From Laetmonice hystrix (taxonomy: Eukaryota): 64,000 nt of DNA. The stretch is from the NCBI GenBank assembly GCA_965235115.1, contig OZ249436.1:23004001-23068000 (forward strand). The letters run 5' to 3'. The first letter of the stretch is position 1. Every line of letters starts with the position of its first letter. Positions 47,728-60,190 of this stretch are shown here, piece by piece. The notes below the pieces were generated by a model, which worked only from the letters and a program-made list of their open reading frames with translations, did not search any database and was not told the origin of the DNA. The position numbers were made by a program, and so were the translations under genes.

Positions 47728-49026
47728 TACTAAAACTAAAAGTCGACGTCGCTAATTTAACATAGAAGTGAATTTTTTGTAACCTACCTAACATCAGTAA
47801 GAAGGCCATACTTTGTACACTTGACGTTTCGTCACTGTACACAAACATCCCAGATTTTGGTGGAAAATGTGCGGGGGCCCGTTTCCTCCTTAAACACAGA
47901 CAGGTTGGAACCTCCCCAGAACCTACCAACACCAACCTTATGCTAGACATGGTCCTCACCATGAACAATTTCAAGTTTAATGGCAGACATTATCTACAAA
48001 CGGCAGGCACAGCGATGGGCACACGAGTGGCTCCTACCTATGCCAACATATTCATGTCTGATTTCGAGGATCAGCATGTATATACATGTCCAGTATTGAT
48101 ATCGATGACATATTCCTCATTTGGGAACGTGGTAAGGACAAACTTACCAGGTTCATCACCTATCTTAATAGTGTCCACGACACCATTACATTCACCTCTG
48201 AATTTTCTCCTGAAAAAGTGAATTTCCTAGACACCTGGGTCATTACAGAACCAGATAGAAAAAATAATCACTAATCTGTACACAAAACCTACAGATTCCA
48301 ACAACTACCTCCTCTACTCCTCGGCTAATCCGTATCATTGTAAGAGAGGTATACCTAAAGGACAACTCCTTTTTCTTTTTCTCAAACACAGCATTGAGAA
48401 GTGTAAGCATTGGCAGATGTATACACTAGGGCCCTTAAGACCCCTATACACCCCCTTCTCACACCATCTGTAACAGAAGAGGAAAAGGGTAAAGACCAAA
48501 TTCTAGTCTCAACCTACAACCCTGATTTCCAGGGTCTAAAATCACCTAGTCACCAAGAACTGGGATACCCTCGGTAGATCCTGCTCGACCAGGGAGATTC
48601 ACCAACAAAGACTAACTATGGCTTATTGTAGACCAAAAAAACCAGCGAAACTATCTAGTGAGAGCCAAACTCCCACAAACTAAATCTGCCATTCCATCAC
48701 AACACCAGGAGATCCAACACAACATCTGCAAAGCCAAACATTTGTAGATATTGTCCAAAATTGAACAAAACAGGCCGTATCTTTTGCACAGCCTCCAAAA
48801 GGGCCTATGCGGCTAGATATAACGTGTCCTGCAAAAGCTCCAACCTGATTTACTGCAGTACGTGCTTACGGTGTGGAATTCAGTATGTGGGGCAAACCAA
48901 AAATCGCCTAATACCCCCATCACACTGGAAGGTGATCTGGCTGCGCTCTAGAAAATAGGCCAGATCGCCGTAAAGCGCGGATAGAGTGCCCTGAGGTCTT
49001 TCTGAGCGTCGCAGGAGCGAGATAGT

Positions 49027-50476
49027 AGAGAGGTTAAGATTTGCGAACGCCTACGTGTACGGGAACGGCAAGCATAGGCGTACAGGTTGCCGTTGCCGTT
49101 GCCGTTTTTTGGTTAAGATCAGATGGAGCCTCGGCTGATGTGTATCACACTGAAGAATCATCGCTATTAGTAATCAAACTATTGAAAAATTCCGTTTTTA
49201 TATGAATAGGCCTAGTCGTTGTATACTTCACAAATAAACATCCAGTAAGTAGGCTATGCCATAATTCATACCAGAGGCTTAAACCCCAATGCACAAATAG
49301 GCCTAGGCCCACACTAGCCTACGTAGTAAGCCATGCGCCGAGCCAGCAAGGCTTACAGGCAGTGGCTTAAATTCCTGGCGGGTCAGACCACACCCAGGCC
49401 AGACCACCACCGCTTGCACTGATCAACTCACCGGCATCCATTTATCTCGACAGTAGGTGTGTGGGGTCATGAAGCAGTGTTTTTAATAGTACAACGTCAA
49501 ATTCATGTCTAGATCACCCGTTTAACGGCGTTTTACCGGCCGCCATGTTGCCTTTGATCCCAGCATGCATCTCTCCGACGCACTCTCCTACGCAGAGACT
49601 CGCTTACTACTGTGTGAAGCGAAAGCGAAGCGGAAGTAGCTCTGCGTTGGAGGGTGTCTCCGACGGTAATGGCAGCACTCAACGAGCATTGAAATTTCTC
49701 GGTTCGAGAGATGTGACTGTCTTTATTTTGTCGCATCGGGCTTTTCCAGCTTGCAGATATGAGAGATAAGTTATTTTGAGTTTATTCATCACTATTTCAT
49801 CAACATATAGAGACAAGGGAGGGCTTTTCATGGCAGACAGAAGATTTGTCCGGGTACGCTCGGAAATTCTGAACAGCGATCTTCGGCTCTGTACAGAGCA
49901 CAGAGCCGAATTCTTTGGCTAGGCCCACACCTACATTTGGAAGAACTTTCACTGTAAAGACGTCACGAATCCCTCCTCGAACAGCTAGATCCCATCACGA
50001 GATCTTTTGTTGTTGCTTGCTTGTTGATTTCTGTCAACTATGGAAAAAGGTCCAAATTTCCCGTTTTCCCCTATAAGGTCCCCACTGCCCCCGTCCTAAT
50101 GATCCACCCCTGTGTTTGGAGGCATAGGCCTATGACCAGTCACAACTCAAGGTGGGAAAACGTCTTGGGTCAAACGCCACATCAAATTTAGACAAACATG
50201 TAGCATTTTCTCAGCTAAATAACAAAGGGTACTGAATATCCTATGAGTAAACGAACGATATACAGCAATAAATAATGCCTATCCATGGTAGATCACATAC
50301 AATCGATGTTTTAGCGCGACACCCCTCTACACGTTTGAGGCGTACGCCAAAACGGCCTCCTTCTTATCCAAAACGCCAGCTCTAGGCGTTGCGTACGGCA
50401 AGATGGGGATTCCCCCCACGTGACCTATGACGCTACGCGTTAGCCGTCCCGTTCCCGGCGCGATCTTAACCTCGCT
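49027..50476. mobile_element. Second TIR element nested in 48912-50923
   Basis: TIR AGAGAGGTTAAGAT / ATCTTAACCTCGCT; 3-bp TSD AGT. Confidence 0.7.
49315..49921 (-). mobile_element. Non-autonomous AcademH-like element, copy 2 (inverted relative to copy 1)
   Basis: TAGCC...GGCTA termini; perfect 9-bp TSD GGCCCACAC (49306-49314, 49922-49930). Confidence 0.8.
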
Positions 50477-51151
50477 AGTGTCTCCCTGGGTCGTCATATG
50501 AGCGCCATGAGCGGCGACCAATTTGCACAACATTTATGCCGCAGGGTCGCCGTGGATCTAAAAGCGCAGTTAGATCGAAATGCGATCGCCGTCAGCGTCC
50601 TAGGAGCGCAGTACCAGCTTCCTGAGAACGCAGGTCGAGCGCCAGTGATGGGGTAGCATCGGCCTTCCCGCCCCATGGCGCTGGCCCGGCGCTCTTACCA
50701 CGCTGCTACCGAGACCTCGGCGACCCCAATGAGCCCTTTACACGCTCTGCAGGGTTCTGCCGTTGCGCTCATGACGTCAGAGCTGCGCTCTTGCTGCGCG
50801 TGATCGGATGGGAGCGGCATGGTAGTCACACTTGGAGGGGTTTTCCGATGTTGATGGCGACCAACGGCGATCTGCTAGGTCGCCGTGGTCGCCGTTAGGT
50901 CTTCATCCAGTGTGATGGGGGTATTATGGACCGACTGCAAGCCCATTTTAATTATTACAGCATTAGCTCATTTCAACTTGGACAACCACCAAGGTTTGTC
51001 TGATGTTGAAATTCATATTGTAGATTTCATCCATACCCACCCAGGAGGCCTAAAATCACGATACCTACGCGACCTGATTGAATTCAACTGGATTCACCGT
51101 ATACACACTATTGCCCCAACAGGTCTGCATGTAATGGACACAGTTTTCTAA

Positions 51152-52472
51152 TCATTACGAGAGTAAAACGAAAGTAGTGCATTTCCGAAAAAGGGGTCAA
51201 AAAAAGACAAACTTCGAGTTCAAATATGGTGTTAACAGCCTTGAAACTGTTTCATACTACAGGTACTTAGGTGTTACCTTTGATGACCGCCTAGATTTTA
51301 AGGTTTCTGCTAAAGAATTATCTGAGGCAGCTGGAAGAGCGCTTGGTGCGCTTATTGCAAAAACAAAACAACTAAAAGATCTTGGTTACAAATCATTTAC
51401 TAAACTTTTTGAAACTGGTGTGTTACCTGTCCTCAACTATAGCTCAGAGATATGGGGCTTTGAGAAGCAGACCGTTAGTGATGTTATTCAAAACCGAGCA
51501 ATGAGATATTTCCTAGGTGTACATAAGTTTACTCCAATACTTGCTCTCAGAGGAGAAATGGGGTGGCATAGTTTGTATATACAAAGGTGGAGTAATATGT
51601 TAACTTATTGGAATAGACTGATTAATATGAAGGAAGAAAGGTTGACTAAAAAGGTGTTTCACTGGGACTGGCTGAAGTCACAGAGAGGTTATGCTAACTG
51701 GTGTGGAGAGATCTGTAAGATTTTGTACCTTTTAGAAGAGGGTAATACATATCAAAATAAGACGTTATGTAATATAGAGAATGTATCTGCTAAACTCAAA
51801 CAAAACGACACTCTGTTATGGAGAGAACAAATTCATATTAAACCAAAATTAAGGACATACAAGACGATTAAATCTGACCTACAACCTGAAATTTATGTGC
51901 AAAGTTTTATACCTAAAAGCCATAGATCTGTATTAGCGAAGCTGAGGTGCGGAATACTACCACTACGAATAGAAAGTGGGCGTTTTGTTAACCTGCCTGA
52001 AGAAAATAGGATTTGTGAATTGTGTGATCTAGGAGAAATTGAGAATGAGAAACATTTTATCTGTAGTTGTACCGCGTACTGCGAAAGAAGAAAACAGTTG
52101 TATGAAGATGTTACCCGTAATGTTCCAGATTTTATAAATATGACCGAATCCGAGAAGTTTAAATATATTATGAAGTACGAGCAAATTAAAGTGAGTAAAT
52201 ACGTCTACAAAAGCTTTGAACTTAGGAAATCCTTACTATTTGAATGAATTTCATTGTTTTCCACATGTTCCATGAGCAGCGTCTAGTAAGTACAAGATTA
52301 GTCCTGCTCGCAATTTTTGCTATTAATCTGTAGTATATGTAAAACCCTGTTCTGCCATTGGACAGACCACATGCGGGAATAAAATTATCATATCTGACAT
52401 ATAAGCCCTTTGGGCCGGGTGTATTTTTACACAATGTCAATAAAGATTTTCTGTCTGTCTGTCTGTCTGTCT
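51152..52472 (+). mobile_element. 5'-truncated LINE (RTE-X-like); ORF2 C-terminus at 51177-52247
   Basis: YRYLGV, KLRTY, LRIESGR...RICELC....ENEKHFICSC; AATAAA followed by a (CTGT)n tail at 52451-52472. Confidence 0.8.
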
Positions 52473-53632
52473 ACTTTAGAGACACCAGAGACACCAGAAT
52501 TTTTGACATGGCTATAAGCCATGTCAAAAATTCTTTACTCCCCAAACTGAGCTCTGACCTCTGATTTTGCCCTTTTTAGTCCCCCCTCCCACCCTGGGGA
52601 CGACTGCCTCACAAGTTGTCAACCTTTCCACCCTTCTGCTCTGCTCACTCCCATTTTATTTATCGTTGTTTTCGACCTAGCAACCCATTCACTTCTATGT
52701 TCAATTTTCGACATCGTTATTTTTTATTCTGTAGTAAAAAGGGTCTTTGGAAACCGGAAGGCCGTGGGGGAATGGTGGAAACATTGTTGGATCAAATCCA
52801 GGCTGCGGCCCCGGTGTCTGCCCGTACTAGCCATAGGCGAAGGATGGGAAGCTGTGTGCAAAGCCTGTGCCATATTGTCGCTGGTAGCTTTGCTTCGAAC
52901 GTTCATAGGCACTCGAAGCGCCCGATGACAGAGAGGAAGAGCGGTGTCTTCTCGGGCTTCCCTCCCTATCACAATATCCGCCCTCCAACTCCGAACCTGA
53001 GTCCTGGCCGATGCAGTGCTCACGGGCCCATGGTGGATCGCAACCCTGTTCTTCCTGCTGCAAGGCGCGTCTGCCATCTTTCTTCCCCAATACGACGAAC
53101 AAGAGGGCTGAAGAGATTCGTTCCCTGCTCTCACCATCTCCAGCGTATCCTGCTCTTGGATAGTCTTTACCGACGGCGACTGTTCAGTTGTCACCATGTC
53201 TGCCACCAGTGAAACCTGTCACTGAAGTAGTTGGAATTCGTACAGCGAAGATCACAAAGTCGTTCCTTTATGAGAACCTCCGAGTTCACAAGTGGTGTTC
53301 ACGACTTGTAATACCGTTCGGAAGAAATTCATGAGTAGGGACTGGTATATACGACTCGTGAGCTTGTTACCGAAGGCACCATTACACCATATAAATCGTG
53401 ACAGTATTTTTTCTTGGCCATTAGGTCAATATGTGTTAGATGGAATGGCTCGGGGGGGGGGGGGGGAGTGTAACAAGCTTGTTCAGGAGGCCTCTTTTAT
53501 CCCTCTTGAAGTTCACTACACTGACTGTGGCTTAAATGTGTTGTAAAAAGATCCTTTCTTATCTCTGTATAAAGACTTGAGTAATTTCCTCATTTTTCTT
53601 AAGAAGGTGACATAAAAAAGTGGTATTTCAAG

Positions 53633-53798
53633 GTTTGGCAGAGGATGCAGCAGGCGATGAGGAATTTGGTGACCAAGTACGGGCCCTGCTGACCACTCCA
53701 GCATGGCAGAGTGACGTTGGATCGACTATGCGGGAGAGCTCTATGGCAGGTGAAGACATCCTAGGTCAAGACAGGGAGTGGGAACGCACCGTGACCTT
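53633..53798 (+). CDS. LAS2: LAS2/C18orf54-like host gene, coding exon 4
   Basis: TTTCAAG| acceptor (phase 1); DREWERTVT resembles LAS2 ERSWENIPVT; donor TT|GTATGT (phase 2). Confidence 0.65.
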
Positions 53799-53935
53799 GT
53801 ATGTACCGGTAATAAAGTCTTGACTAAATTAATTTAACAGAGGTTAAGTCAGTACTTTTATGGCGTAATGAATAGCATCAGTCCAAGATTTCCTTATTAT
53901 GGCACGTACATGTATATCTTTATATCTAGACCTAA

Positions 53936-54092
53936 GGGGCCATTCAAAAATTACGTAACGCTCGGAGGGGGGGGGGGTGTATGTCCAAACGTTACGGACA
54001 GTGTTGAAGTACCAGTGCACAGCGTTGCAGAGGGGTGGGGGTGTGTGTCAGATTTGGCCCAAAATAGCGTTACGTAATTTGTGAACGGCCCC
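53936..54092. mobile_element. Short TIR element (Zator/Harbinger-like MITE)
   Basis: GGGGCCATTCAAAAATTACGTAACGCT...AGCGTTACGTAATTTGTGAACGGCCCC; left flank TAA; related ends near 46978 and 10060. Confidence 0.65.
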
Positions 54093-56859
54093 CAGCAGGG
54101 TATTGTTCACTGGTGGCGTTTGTGAGCAAACCATCTAATATTGTTACTTATTTTACCCCAACCCGAAGGGGGGCCTTCTAGTTTTACCTCTGTTCGTACC
54201 TCTGCTGCCCATGGGTCTGTCCCTCTGTGGAAAGCGATTTCTCAGAAGTAAAGTTCAACTTTTATGAAAATTTACACAAATTGTGACAAAGATCGGTTAT
54301 GCTGCAAGGATAGTGGATGTTATACTGATTTTTGATATTATTCAAAATGGCTGCTTGGCAGCCATCTTGAAAGAATAGAGAATTTAACGTATTTGACCCC
54401 TCAAGTTGGTTGATTATGACATTGAGAGCCCATATATAGGCAAAGTTTCAGGCATGTGTGACAAACGTCTCAGCATTTTAGTATCGCTGGTCTAAAGTCA
54501 CCAGTAGGCTGCCAGGCTGTCTGCTCTGACAGCAATGCGTGACGTCACATAGTCATAGGCACAGAATGATCAGAGCCAGTCCTGCCTGTGCACCCGACCG
54601 CTGCACAACTATAGGCATTTGGTCGACTCGGTCGTTGCCAGGCCTTTGTCAAAATTATCCCCTGTGTACTGAGGTCTAATTCAGACTAGAAATGTCATTA
54701 AGCCAGGGAAAATCACAAGAATTATGTGGACTGTGTAGGTTTTATGATCTGAAGATTGTACTGAGCACGATTTCGTCATGTGGAGATTTCTACACCCATC
54801 ACAGCTGTTCCCGCACAGCAATTCCGGGGGATTTTTTCTGATTGGTCAAAATTTTGTCAATGGTGGTTTTTATGAAATTGTTGATGATGGGTAAAATCTG
54901 CTTGACCGCCAACTTTTGGAGGCAGATATTTGAAATGTAAGAGCACCTTATTTTTAATGATCTGCATGAATGGTCAGGTTATATCACAATCTATCTTCCC
55001 AACTATATTTTATTCATTGGGGTTCTATTGTTTTAAGTGTAAACACATTTAGGGCAATAACTAGAAAACGTTACTGATTTCTTTCAAACCTGGTGCAGAG
55101 AAGAGCCATATGAGGGGCAATGGTCATGGCAATGTCTTCTCAGTTCAGAGCAAATGTGACGACATGGTGGCCATATTTTTTTGACTACGATAGTTGACTG
55201 TTTTGGCTCATATCTCAGGCATCATACAATTCCTTTATTTTAAAGGAATTTCCTTTAAATTCTTTTCTTTTTGTGAAAACCTTGAGAATTCTTTTTTCCC
55301 CCTTTATTTTTGTGAAAAATTCCTTTTAGGGTAGAAACAATTTTTGAACCTAGTAAAATAACCCATCATATATCCTAAAATGCACAGAATTCCAAAATAT
55401 TGAAACACTAAATCGTAAAATTTTCCAGCAGCTGCACTTGCAAGATTTTTCAAATCTAATCTGGGACAGGGTCTCACTGGTTCAGTATTCTATATTGCTT
55501 TATTCTGGATTCGTTTTAACATAGTCTTTCTAAATTTGGCCGGCTGAGTCTGCATCTAATCATTATATTATTTTCATCACAGAAAATTGCACCAAATATT
55601 GTGTATAGTCACCAAATTCCCCACGAAAGATCTGGATTCCATACACTCGTTTTCTTTAAAAAAAAATCATGTCCCCAGAATGTTGAGGGCACTAAATGAA
55701 TTGAGGTCACTTCGCAACGGATTTGCGTGAGCCCCACATTTGTATCATTGGTATGGTGTTAAATAAGTATGGTAAATAAATAATATAGAGTAGGCCGGCA
55801 TATCAAACTCTGCACGGTGGTCCTCCCACAACCGGAGCGCCACAATATTAAAACATGCTGTGACACACAGGAGACGGTCATTATGAGTCTTTCTAGGTAA
55901 CCGATTTGCGTAACCTTTCGGTTATGCAAACCAAATTTCATATAACCAAACTACGTGTTATGCAAGTCAATATACATGCGAATGGATTTTGGGTTGCGTA
56001 AATTTTGCTTAAGATCAGGCCTGATAATTATTTTTGGATATATTGATCAAACTAGAATTATAAACTAGACGCGGGGTTATAATTCGCCCTACGTCCGTCG
56101 TGCTGTACGTATGTCCGTAGACAGCGATTTCTCTTGATCAGGATTCTCTTGATTCAACACAATGATCAGGAATGATCTGAGGATGATACACGTCAAACAG
56201 ATTTTTGATATCATTCAAAATGGCTACTTACTGGCCATCTTGGATATAAACACATTTTGAGCAATAACTCATTTTGAGCCAAAAAAATCACGATTTCTTT
56301 CAAACCTGGTGCAGGAAGGAGGCATAATGATAGCCAGTATGCATCGCAATTTCAGTTTAGATCCAAAATGGCGATATAGTGCCTGTATTTGTTTCTTGAC
56401 ACTATTATGCAAAGCTCTCAAGTCTCACGCATTTCGCGGGAGTCTCAAGCATTTGGGCCCTTCCTCCCGCACTCCCGCGAGCCCCTGTGTTTCTCACGCA
56501 TTTTGAGATGTCCTTTGCTTATTGCTTATTTCCCTCGAAACGTAGATCTTTGGATCTGTCCTTGACTGTGCTGCCATCACCCAGCCTTTATTGATACTAC
56601 TAGCCGTCCCATCCAATCATAGTCCATTTTTCTTAGTGAGCCAATCACAGCGCCGATTTCTTAGCGAAGTCGGCAAGACGGTGAACGTCATGAGTCACTC
56701 ATCCTCTATACTTGAAAACAATACTATCACTAAGTGATTTCAGTGTTTTAAATGCCTTTATATATGAGATAGGAAAATCTCCCGCATTGAACCCTAATCT
56801 CCAGCAAAACAGCTGGTGAATCTCCAGCAAGGGCCTCAGAGACCCTTGAGAGCTCTGTT

Positions 56860-57570
56860 ATGGCTCATCAAAATGGTGAAAGATAATGCTACAGTTACTA
56901 TTGTTGACAGATAGGACGTCATATATGAATTTTCATATGGATAAGCACATAATTACTTTCGAACATGTATAGGAAATCACGTATAAAGTTTTAGTTGGCA
57001 CTTTTTTCTTTTACTTCACGTGAAGGTCAAAGGTCATTCAAGGTCACACATTTTTTCAATGGCTTGTATTTCCATAACATTTTAAAATATTGCTATAGAT
57101 ACTATTGAACATGGATAGGAAGTCATATATGAACTTTCATTTGACGCTATGTTCCATGACTTTTGGTGATCTATAAAGGTCAAACAAGGTCATGCATTAT
57201 TTTCAATGGTTCATATCTCAAAAATTATGTAAGGTAAGCACATACCGGTAGTTACTATTGAACACGGATAGGAAGTCATAAATGAAGTTTTATTTGGCAC
57301 TATTTTCTTTTATCTCAAGTGAAGGTCAAAGGTCATATATGAACTTGCATTTGACACCATTTCCATGACTTCGAGTGACTTCTAAAGGTCAATCAGGGTC
57401 AAACATATTTGCAATTTCCTGTATCTCCAAAACAGTTGAGGATAATGATATCAGTGCAGCACAACTCCAAACTATACATAACTGCATGGTTACTAAGGTG
57501 GAGAGGAAGTAATACCGCTATACGAACTTTCATTTGACACTATTTCTTTTACCTTTATTGACCTTGAAGG
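56860..57570. repeat. Diverged satellite-like array, same family as 62590-63360 but opposite strand
   Basis: Recurrent GTTACTATTGAACA.GGATAGGAAGTCATATATGAACTTTCATTTGAC and AAGGTCAA; related units at about 34030-34660. Confidence 0.7.
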
Positions 57571-58912
57571 ATCAATGGAAGTGGTGCATCGTTTCTTTAA
57601 GAATCCATAGCTATTGTTTGGGGCTATAAGCTTCACAAGCTTGTTAGTAACTTGAAACACCCCATAGCTATTATTAATAATGGATGGGAAGTCACTTGGA
57701 ACTAATAATTTTCTGTGAACTAGAGTCATGTCATTAAAGGTTATGATCCACTATTTATTTTCTTCTATAATTTAATGTAATGTTTTGGCCATTTTCAATG
57801 TTTAAAATAATTTCTGCGAATGTCTGCTTGGCATGGCAGGTTAGATATGCATGTTTCCGACAATAAAAACTCAATTTACGTATAGGTTGAATGATTAGAT
57901 TTTATTTTATCGGAGCTTCTGTTACATGACCCCAGGTGGCACCACCAAATCGACCAGAATACAGGCCTGTGATACATAACATATTGGCTAAGATTTTCCA
58001 AGGAAAGTTAAGCAGATATTCTCTAATAATACACTGATATTATTGATCATATAGTGAACTTTTTCTCTGTGGTATTTGATGAGCACATTCAGGGGGGTTA
58101 TATCCATTCTTGGCCCTAGATACATTCACTCCATACCATTTTGAGGGACAACCAGCAGCCCATTGGCTAAATAGGGGGTCATGACCTACAGATCAAGACC
58201 CATCACCCCGAATCTGTTCAAAATTGGACCCCTTTAATGGTTATATGTTTGCAACAACCACACAAAATATAAATGGTGTAGACTAAATGAAGACTGAGTT
58301 ATCGATCATATACAATATGGACACTCGGAGATAAAAAAAACCCTATTTTGCCCTGCACTCATAGCAGTATTCTGACTTTGTGCACAAATTAGACAATGAA
58401 TAAATTCATCTATGAACTTCTCATTTTAGTTATGTATTAAGCCAACATGTAAAGTGTTCAAAAGTTGAAATTAATAAATATAAAGTGAGAATCTTCATTC
58501 CCTATGAAGCATGTGAGTACCCCCTGTCATATTTTCAGTAAAAAAAAGGTCCACTTTATTATATTTATCCCCATATCTCCCTATGTTGGATTTCAAAAGT
58601 GTCAAATTCAGTTGAGGGAATATGGGAAGGATGTTAACTTCAAAGAAACATCAAAAGAGATGTACTCCAAGTGTCTGTGTGGATGTATGGACCCCTCAAA
58701 GGTGGTCACCCACCCCAGGCAGGAAGCCTAGGTTAATAGGGGGAGGGGTTCAAAGGTGCCACTTGAGAGTCTGAGCTGCCTGGGAAGAGGGTGGGAGTGG
58801 GTATATATGAAGCCAACAGGCAGATCAAACTCAGTATCATTTTTCTGTTTGATTAGAACAGGATTTAAAAAAAAATTCGCCTAAATTATAGAGAATTTCT
58901 TAGAAAACTACC

Positions 58913-59694
58913 ATGACATCACGTAGCAGAAAGAAGCACAGCTGGAGACATGGCTTTCAACCTGGTAACTGCGCCTACAAGTTGAGAAAGCAGGCCGGTA
59001 GGCCTGAACCAGACGTAGGTGTCTATGTAAGACCCACCAAAGAAGAATTCGAATTACTCCGCTCACCTACACACAGTGGAAGAGGAGATCAGGCTGCAGC
59101 CACCATCACCGACAGTGAGGGCCGGCTGTGCAAGGCAAGGCCTTGCAAACAAAAAAAAAGAAAAACTGGCTGTCACACAGTGCATTCCTGCCTGAGGGCT
59201 TTGGCCTTACATGCACGGATGGTGACAAGGAGAAACTGGTCAGACTGATTGAATACAGGCTGGGCCAGAAAGTCCTGGAAAAGACCAAACACCTGTTAAC
59301 CACCCAGAAATGTGAAGCTGTCAACAGGGCAATAAGCAGTACAACACCCAAGAACAAAACATTTTCAAGGAACTTTGCTGCCAGAGTGCACTGTGCTGTG
59401 AATGCTGTGAATCGAGGGATTGGTGATTCAATCCTGAGTCAAACAGAGTTTGTGGGAGCCCCAGTCACTCCTGGTACACGGGTGACACGTGGCCTGCTGC
59501 GACGTCAGCAGCAGGACATGGCCAGAAAACTTGCCAGGGGGTCAACAAAGAAAAAGAATGCACGAATCAACAAAAGAAGGACACTTTTTAAGCTTAAGGA
59601 CACCTGCGAACCACAGGATTCTAAAACTTATTACCAGAAAAATCTTGCCTTGAAACAGACTCAGCACAGTGACCATACCTACACAAAAATGTGA
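58913..59694 (+). pseudogene. Internally deleted Kolobok DDD/E transposase
   Basis: N-terminus MTSRSRKK...GFQPGN is joined out of frame near 59150 to the C-terminal TTQKCEAVNRAI...PKNKTFSRNFAARVHCAV; catalytic core missing. Confidence 0.7.
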
Positions 59695-59766
59695 ACATAA
59701 ATTATGGCGGTGAGAGAGCTCGGGGTTAGACCTAAACTAAAGCTACACCTACCAGGAAAAAAACAG

Positions 59767-60190
59767 TTAGGGGGGCCTAGGGGTGTGTTCCCGGGTGCAA
59801 ACTTGCTGTGCATTACAAACACGTCTTGCAGCATTCACTGGACGTGGCTCAAGGGTCAGGTGGGAGGGATTCACACACAGGGTTTGGTGGCACAAATGGC
59901 TAATTTCAACCCTATCTCCCTGAAGATTGATGTTGGGGGGCATTAAAATCTGAACCGAAATGTGGTTAATATTTGGTTGTTGAATAAGGACTAAGGTAGT
60001 GTAATTGATAGGCTAATCTATGGACACGAAAATAAATCTTTTTAGAGGAACCTGGCAAACGAAGACTTAGAACCCCATAGTGTGAATCTCCCCACCTGGC
60101 CTCTGTCCACAGGAGGCACCCTCCACAAACGAGTCTACTTTTACTCAGTAACCTGCCCTGTACTTCTGTGACAGCCTGCCGCGGCTCCAT
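59767..60190 (-). pseudogene. His-Me finger (His-Cys box, I-PpoI-like) endonuclease with one frameshift
   Basis: Frame A: GCLLW...YG...VHRLAY. Frame B: EISHLCHQTLCVNPSHLTLEP..VNAARRVC. The frame switch lies between about 60000 and 59970. Confidence 0.82.

Larger units (their letters stand above)
48912..50923. mobile_element. PIF/Harbinger-type MITE inserted in the Penelope GIY-YIG domain
   Basis: TIR TACCCCCATCACACTGGA; flanks TAA/TTA; removing it with a 3-bp TSD restores the reading frame RL|MDR. Confidence 0.8.
47780..51151 (+). pseudogene. Penelope-like element remnant (RT plus GIY-YIG), split by nested MITEs
   Basis: TLDVSSLYTNIP, GTAMGTRVAPTYAN, IDDIF, VNFLD, LYTKPTD; NLIYC..C..C..QYVGQTKNRL resumes as MDRLQAHF after 50926; E..WIHRIHT..P.GL at the end. 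Confidence 0.85.

Noticed and set aside
52616..53212. Overlapping 198-aa (+) and 160-aa (-) ORFs
   Set aside because: No recognisable motifs or splice context; probably GC-rich TE-derived sequence that cannot be assigned.
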